DNA of 64,000 bases. Source: Vulcanimicrobiota bacterium (GTDB lineage Bacteria > Vulcanimicrobiota > Xenobia > Xenobiales > JADMJV01). The notes under the pieces were generated by a model. That model was not told where the DNA came from and did no database searches. It saw only the letters and a program-made list of their open reading frames with translations. Made by a program: the position numbers and the translations under genes. Shown in pieces: positions 59,716-64,000 of the stretch; position 1 is the first letter of the stretch, and each line of letters begins with the position of its first letter. The stretch lies in assembly GCA_050250895.1 (NCBI GenBank), contig JBFWNU010000005.1:192001-256000 (forward strand), given 5' to 3'.

Positions 59716-60345
59716 ATGGCATCGCTTCCTTTAACAGAGACTCTGGGAATTCGCCTCGGTTTAACCAGCGGCGAGTTTCGGGCTGTTCGGGAAGAGCCGC
59801 GCAGTTTGATTGCCCGGGCGTGTAGTGGTGAGGCCGGCGCCATCGAAGAGCTGGTGGAATACTATCAAGACACCATCTACTCGATCGCGATGACCTTCAC
59901 GCGCAACCCCCACCGGGCCGAAGACCTGGCTCAAGATGCCTGGATCCGCATCATCCGCGGCCTGTCGACCTTCAAGCAAGATTCGCGCTTCACCACCTGG
60001 GTGTATCGCATCACCATGAATACTTTCTTGAATTCGACTCGCAAGCGCGAACTCAACCTCGACGCCGATGAGCGGGTGCTTGAAGAGCCCCGTGGCGACG
60101 AGGGACGAGGGCAGGCCATGCTCGACACCAGCCTGGCCGTGCAAGAGGCCGTGCGCGAACTGCCCGACGAGTTTCGGGCTGTGGTTGCGCTGCGCTTTGC
60201 CGCCGATCTCTCTTATAAAGAGATCGCCCAGGTCCTGGACGTGCCGCTCGGAACGGTTCAGTCTCGCCTCAAACGCGGGCTGACCCGGCTAGCCGAGCGA
60301 TTGGGTAGCGACAGTGCCGAGGGGGTGCCCGTTGTCGCTGACTAG
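59716..60345 (+). CDS. ECF RNA polymerase sigma factor
   Basis: AEDLAQD, FTTWVYRI, LSYKEIAQVLDVPLGTVQSRL. Confidence 0.93.
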   Translation: MASLPLTETLGIRLGLTSGEFRAVREEPRSLIARACSGEAGAIEELVEYYQDTIYSIAMTFTRNPHRAEDLAQDAWIRIIRGLSTFKQDSRFTTWVYRITMNTFLNSTRKRELNLDADERVLEEPRGDEGRGQAMLDTSLAVQEAVRELPDEFRAVVALRFAADLSYKEIAQVLDVPLGTVQSRLKRGLTRLAERLGSDSAEGVPVVAD

Positions 60346-60895
60346 CACTTATAAGGTTTTGCTGGTGGTGGGCTTCTTGATGCTCGACTTCGTGGGCTTT
60401 TACCTCACCGAGTATCGTGACAAGTGGGGCGAGTTGTCCGAGCTTGAAGAGCGGCTTGAACATCGCCATCTGGTGCTCGAGCAAAAGCGTGCCAAAGAAT
60501 ATGCCCTGGCCGACAGCGCCGACGAGATCGCCAAGCTCGAGGCCCATTTGAGCAACCTGCTGACCCAGCACCCTGAAGCCGAGGCGCTGGGTCTGTATAT
60601 CGACGGGCTTGAACAGATCGTGCTCTCTTCGTATGAGAACGAAGGCCTTCCCCTGGCTATCGAGTCGGTCACGCCGTTGCCGGCCTCACCCCCCGAAGGC
60701 TATCGCACTCAAGACTTTCAGATGAATTTCCTCGGCCGATATGACGCCATAGAGGACTTTCTCTACCAGATGAACGGTCTGCAATCCGAGCAACTAGTGG
60801 CCATCAGCAGTCTGCATCTGTCGAGCACCGACGAAGGACCGCTGCGCATCACCATGCCGATGCGGGCCTATCTGGGCGAAGAGGAGCAACCATGA
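60332..60895 (+). CDS. PilO-like protein
   Basis: N-terminal TM, coiled coil, GRYDAIEDFLYQM...LVAISSL. Confidence 0.7.
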   Translation: MSLTSTYKVLLVVGFLMLDFVGFYLTEYRDKWGELSELEERLEHRHLVLEQKRAKEYALADSADEIAKLEAHLSNLLTQHPEAEALGLYIDGLEQIVLSSYENEGLPLAIESVTPLPASPPEGYRTQDFQMNFLGRYDAIEDFLYQMNGLQSEQLVAISSLHLSSTDEGPLRITMPMRAYLGEEEQP

Positions 60896-62517
60896 AGCTG
60901 CTCGATAGCCCGATGCTGATGCTGTTGGCCAGGCGGCGCGCTCGTCGCTGCCACACCCCGGCCGCCTATTGGGTCGGGCTGGGCCTGGTGCCGGTCGGGT
61001 TGACCGGTTGGTTGCCCATTTCGCCGCTGACCTCGCTGTTAATGATGTTGGCGGTCAACCTGATTTATCCGTTGTATCTGGCCGGACACGGGGCCATGGC
61101 TCTCGCTAGCTTGCGACGCGGGCGCTGTTTTGACGAGCTGCTGGGCAGCCGCACCACCGCGCGCGAACTGATCGACTCGGTGGCTTTGGACACGGCGATG
61201 GTCTTTGCCCGCACCGGTTTCTGGCTGCTGGGACCATGGGCTGGTTGGTTTTGGCTCCAGGGCCAATCGCCTGCCTGGGCGGTGCCGGCCTGGTTGGGGC
61301 AACTGGGGATGGCGGTGCTGCTCTCGTATCTGGCCCAGGCCGGCCAGAGCTGGTCGGACGGCGACGCCGACTTCGTCATCCGCCAGGCGGTGGTCGGCGT
61401 GGGGCTCGCCCCGGTGGTGCTCGGCGGTTCGCTCTTGCTCGGTCCCGAGCCCAACGCTCCAGGCTTGGCCGGCCTGGCCCTGGCCGTGGGGCTGGTCTGT
61501 CGGGCTCTGGCGGTGCGCGGCCTTGAAGCCTATCCTCGGCTGCGCGGCAAGATTCGCCAGGCCCGCGACCTGTTCGCTAGCCGCACCCCCGGCTGGGGCG
61601 ACATCTACGAATTGGGCATGGCCCAGAACCCCGTCGTGTTCCGTGAGCGCCGCGCCGAGGCACGCTACGCTCCGCTGGGCCGTTTCGGCCTGCTGCTGGG
61701 CCGGCACGGTTTTGCCGCTTTGCTGCTGGCCGCAGTCGCTGGCACCGCCTATCGGGCGCTCGAGGCCCACTGGGCCAATCTGCAGGGTGTCTTGTGGATG
61801 ACGGTGGTGGTCTTTTTCGTGGTGCAGACCCTGCGGGCGGCGTATCGCACCGTCGGTTCGCTAGTCGACGAGCGCGAGAGCGGCACCCTCGAGTCGCTTT
61901 TGCAGACCACCCTCTCGGGTCGTGACTGGATCGCGGGTTGGGTCATGGTGGGCTTTGCTCCGCGCGCCATCGAGAACCTGGTGGCCGGCCTTCTGTGGGT
62001 GGGCGTGGCCTGGCTGGGTGGACAGAGTCCGCTTCGCTTCGGTCTTTGCCTGATTCTGTTGATGGGCTTTACGCTGGCCGCTACTTATGCCGGCATCTGC
62101 GCCTCGGCCGTGTCGTCGAGTCGCGAGCAAGCTCTGGACCGAGTCGGTGTCGACCTGTCGGCCGGCTTGTGGTTGCTGGGCATGGTGGCCTTGTTGGTAG
62201 CTCTGTGGGCGCCGGGTCCGCTGGCTCTGGTAGGGCTGGCACTGGGCGCGGGTATTCTGGTCCGTTATCAACGAGCGGCCCTCGGACTGTTGCTCGAGAC
62301 CCCGGTGCACGACCAGGACGAGTCGTGGGTTGAAGAAGTGTTGCGCAGCGGTTTGCAGCGGTCGGTTCCTGATGGCTTTGGCAATCGGCTGCATTCCCGT
62401 CTGGGAGAAGAGCCGGCAGCCGAGGTTTTGACCCATTCGCTACGCCAGGGAGTGCCCGATGGGTTCAAGTCGCGCCTGCTCGAGCGTCTCAGCCGCGAAG
62501 GCCTGACCGAAGAATAG
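60892..62517 (+). CDS. ABC-2-type permease-like multi-pass membrane protein
   Basis: NPVVFRE, DERESGTLESLLQT; many TMs; duplicated C-terminal VPDGF motif. Confidence 0.7.
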   Translation: MKLLDSPMLMLLARRRARRCHTPAAYWVGLGLVPVGLTGWLPISPLTSLLMMLAVNLIYPLYLAGHGAMALASLRRGRCFDELLGSRTTARELIDSVALDTAMVFARTGFWLLGPWAGWFWLQGQSPAWAVPAWLGQLGMAVLLSYLAQAGQSWSDGDADFVIRQAVVGVGLAPVVLGGSLLLGPEPNAPGLAGLALAVGLVCRALAVRGLEAYPRLRGKIRQARDLFASRTPGWGDIYELGMAQNPVVFRERRAEARYAPLGRFGLLLGRHGFAALLLAAVAGTAYRALEAHWANLQGVLWMTVVVFFVVQTLRAAYRTVGSLVDERESGTLESLLQTTLSGRDWIAGWVMVGFAPRAIENLVAGLLWVGVAWLGGQSPLRFGLCLILLMGFTLAATYAGICASAVSSSREQALDRVGVDLSAGLWLLGMVALLVALWAPGPLALVGLALGAGILVRYQRAALGLLLETPVHDQDESWVEEVLRSGLQRSVPDGFGNRLHSRLGEEPAAEVLTHSLRQGVPDGFKSRLLERLSREGLTEE

Positions 62518-62520
62518 AAA

Positions 62521-62541
62521 ACAAGCCCGGCAAAGGCTTGT
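62521..62541. terminator. Terminator-like hairpin
   Basis: ACAAGCC-CGGCAAA-GGCTTGT between convergent genes. Confidence 0.55.
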
Positions 62542-62561
62542 GAAATGGTCAGGCGACTCGT

Positions 62562-62738
62562 TTACTGGTTAGGCTGTTGCTCTTGAGCAGCCAGGGCAGC
62601 CCGGATGACGCAATCGTAAACCTGCATGTAAAGCGAGACAGCCTCTTCGGGCGTCTGGATATTACGATTGCGAATCAGCGGCGGCGTCAGGTTGAGCGCG
62701 ATACTGACAAATTGAGCATGGATCTTAGCGTCGTCCAC
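62562..62738 (-). CDS. Small 58-aa hypothetical protein (not in ORF track)
   Basis: MDDAKIHAQFVSIALNLTPPLIRNRNIQTPEEAVSLYMQVYDCVIRAALAAQEQQPNQ; amphipathic helices. Confidence 0.55.
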   Translation of the reverse strand: MDDAKIHAQFVSIALNLTPPLIRNRNIQTPEEAVSLYMQVYDCVIRAALAAQEQQPNQ

Positions 62739-62790
62739 GAAGGGGGCTTTCGCCTAGTTCAGGCACCCTCCTGCAGGGCCTGAGGGCAGT

Positions 62791-63687
62791 TCAGAATCGG
62801 GCTTTGATGGCTCCTGGAAGGACCTCGACCTCGACCGGGGTCTCACCCACCAGCTCTCCGTCGAGCTGAATTCGCTCGACCGGGTCGGTGGTCACACTAA
62901 AGCGAGGAACCTGATAGTATTGCACGCCCGGCAGGTCGATGTGCTTGCCGGTCACGGTGCCTAACAGCTGGCGCACCGTCTCGGGATAGGTGGTGCGCGG
63001 CAGCAGACAAAGATCGAGCAGGCCGTCGTCAGGCCGGGCTTTGGGAGCGGTGCGAAAACGGCCGCCATAGGTCTGGATGTTGCCTACCAGCAGCAGCCAG
63101 AAGTCGAGGTTTACCTCGGTATTGCCGATCTTGAGACTCATCTTTCGACTCTTGACGTGATACTCCTGAAACTTTTCGAGCGAGGTCAAGAGATAGCCCA
63201 GGGCGCCCAGGGCCGCCTTGCGTTTGGCGGGCAGATGGTAGGCCACATGGGCATCAAAGCCCACCCCCATGAAGCAGATGAAATGGCGACCGCCGGCTTT
63301 GCCCACATCCAGGGCTCGCGGTTCGGTCTCGAGCACATGCCGGCAGGCCCTCTCGACCTGGATTGGCACCCCCATCTCACGGGCCAACACGTTCTCGGTG
63401 CCGAGCGGGACAACGCCCAGCGATACCGACGTTCCGACCACGCCGTTGACCACCTCGTTGATGGTGCCGTCGCCACCCGCCGCCACCACGCAGTCAAAGC
63501 CGTTCCGCTCGGCCTCGTGAGCGACTCTGGTGGCATCACCGGGTCCGGTGGTCAGGTGAAGGTGCCAATCGATGCCCGCCGCGTCAAAGGTCTTGCGTAA
63601 CTTGTCCAGGGGTGATCCAAGCCGGATTCGGGACAACCCCGCTTTGGGGTTTGAGATGGCCAGCAGCCGCAAATTCGACCTCCCCAA
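62791..63687 (-). CDS. Diacylglycerol/lipid kinase family protein (YegS/DagK-like)
   Basis: NPKAG, AGGDGTINEVVNG, PLGTEN, GFDA, PDDGLLD, QLDGE. Confidence 0.93.
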   Translation of the reverse strand: MGRSNLRLLAISNPKAGLSRIRLGSPLDKLRKTFDAAGIDWHLHLTTGPGDATRVAHEAERNGFDCVVAAGGDGTINEVVNGVVGTSVSLGVVPLGTENVLAREMGVPIQVERACRHVLETEPRALDVGKAGGRHFICFMGVGFDAHVAYHLPAKRKAALGALGYLLTSLEKFQEYHVKSRKMSLKIGNTEVNLDFWLLLVGNIQTYGGRFRTAPKARPDDGLLDLCLLPRTTYPETVRQLLGTVTGKHIDLPGVQYYQVPRFSVTTDPVERIQLDGELVGETPVEVEVLPGAIKARF

Positions 63688-64000
63688 AAAAGTTCCGATT
63701 TTTCTGCCACCCGGGCTAGACAGACTCCTCGCCGGTCGTGAAGAAGTCTTAACACCTTACAGGAGAGGGGCACCCAGGTGCAGATTTTCAATCCGTATCA
63801 GTATCAGCTTCGTGAAAAGACGGTAAGCGACACTCAGACGGAACTAGCCTGCAGTCTGTTAGCAGCCCTCTCCAAAATCACCGCCGCCATCGCTCGCTAG
63901 GTCGGCGCAAAGTCGATTGCTCCAGGTTATTGGGGTCTCGACCTGAGCGACAGCCCATTCGCTCCTTCCCCCGACCGAAGACTCCTCCTCTTCCCTCCAA

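Noticed and set aside
59650-59730. c-di-GMP-I riboswitch-like words (GGCAAA, AAAGC, GTCTAA)
   Set aside because: Lacks the GAAA tetraloop and GACGCAAAGC core, and spacing is off. An ECF promoter explains the sequence better. An Rfam scan would settle it.
62540-62780. tmRNA or other ncRNA in this gap
   Set aside because: No tRNA-like ends; a small minus-strand ORF explains it.
63700-64000. Possible gene end or ncRNA at the window edge
   Set aside because: No recognisable motif in any frame and insufficient context.

Overview
GC-rich bacterial chromosomal window. The orphan families and Pro/Ala-rich N-terminal extensions are reminiscent of Ca. Eremiobacterota/Vulcanimicrobiota, but this is inference only. 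In order it holds: the 3' end of an NRPS-like A-T-TE gene with an ABC exporter; an RRM protein; an Atu/Liu-like acyl-CoA carboxylase cluster with a BKACE; three VapBC-type TA modules; lipoproteins and a secreted CHAT protease; a selenocysteine-containing NAD-linked formate dehydrogenase (in-frame TGA at 21785 plus SECIS); IcmF; a cysteine desulfurase; a kinase/FHA pair; assorted metabolic genes; a glycosylation island; an ECF sigma operon; and a lipid kinase. Three things stand out. (1) The 49.5-58.9 kb island, bracketed by a duplicated Uma2/fcl segment, combines an HPr-kinase-like enzyme, an RRE(PqqD) protein with a lasso-type leader motif and short tail in cis, a GT2 with a C-terminal RRE, two GT4s, a sulfotransferase, a GH-like protein and GDP-fucose synthase, with no lasso cyclase, protease or radical SAM enzyme. 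It is a candidate new RRE-guided phospho-glyco-peptide or RRE-scaffolded glycan system. (2) A ~175-nt structured ncRNA candidate (14912-15089, minus) with a perfect FNR box at -41.5 and its own terminator. (3) An orphan RRE-twin-arginine-18-Cys protein. Two, possibly three, single-base homopolymer frameshifts suggest read errors. All calls come from motif reading by eye; no searches were run.
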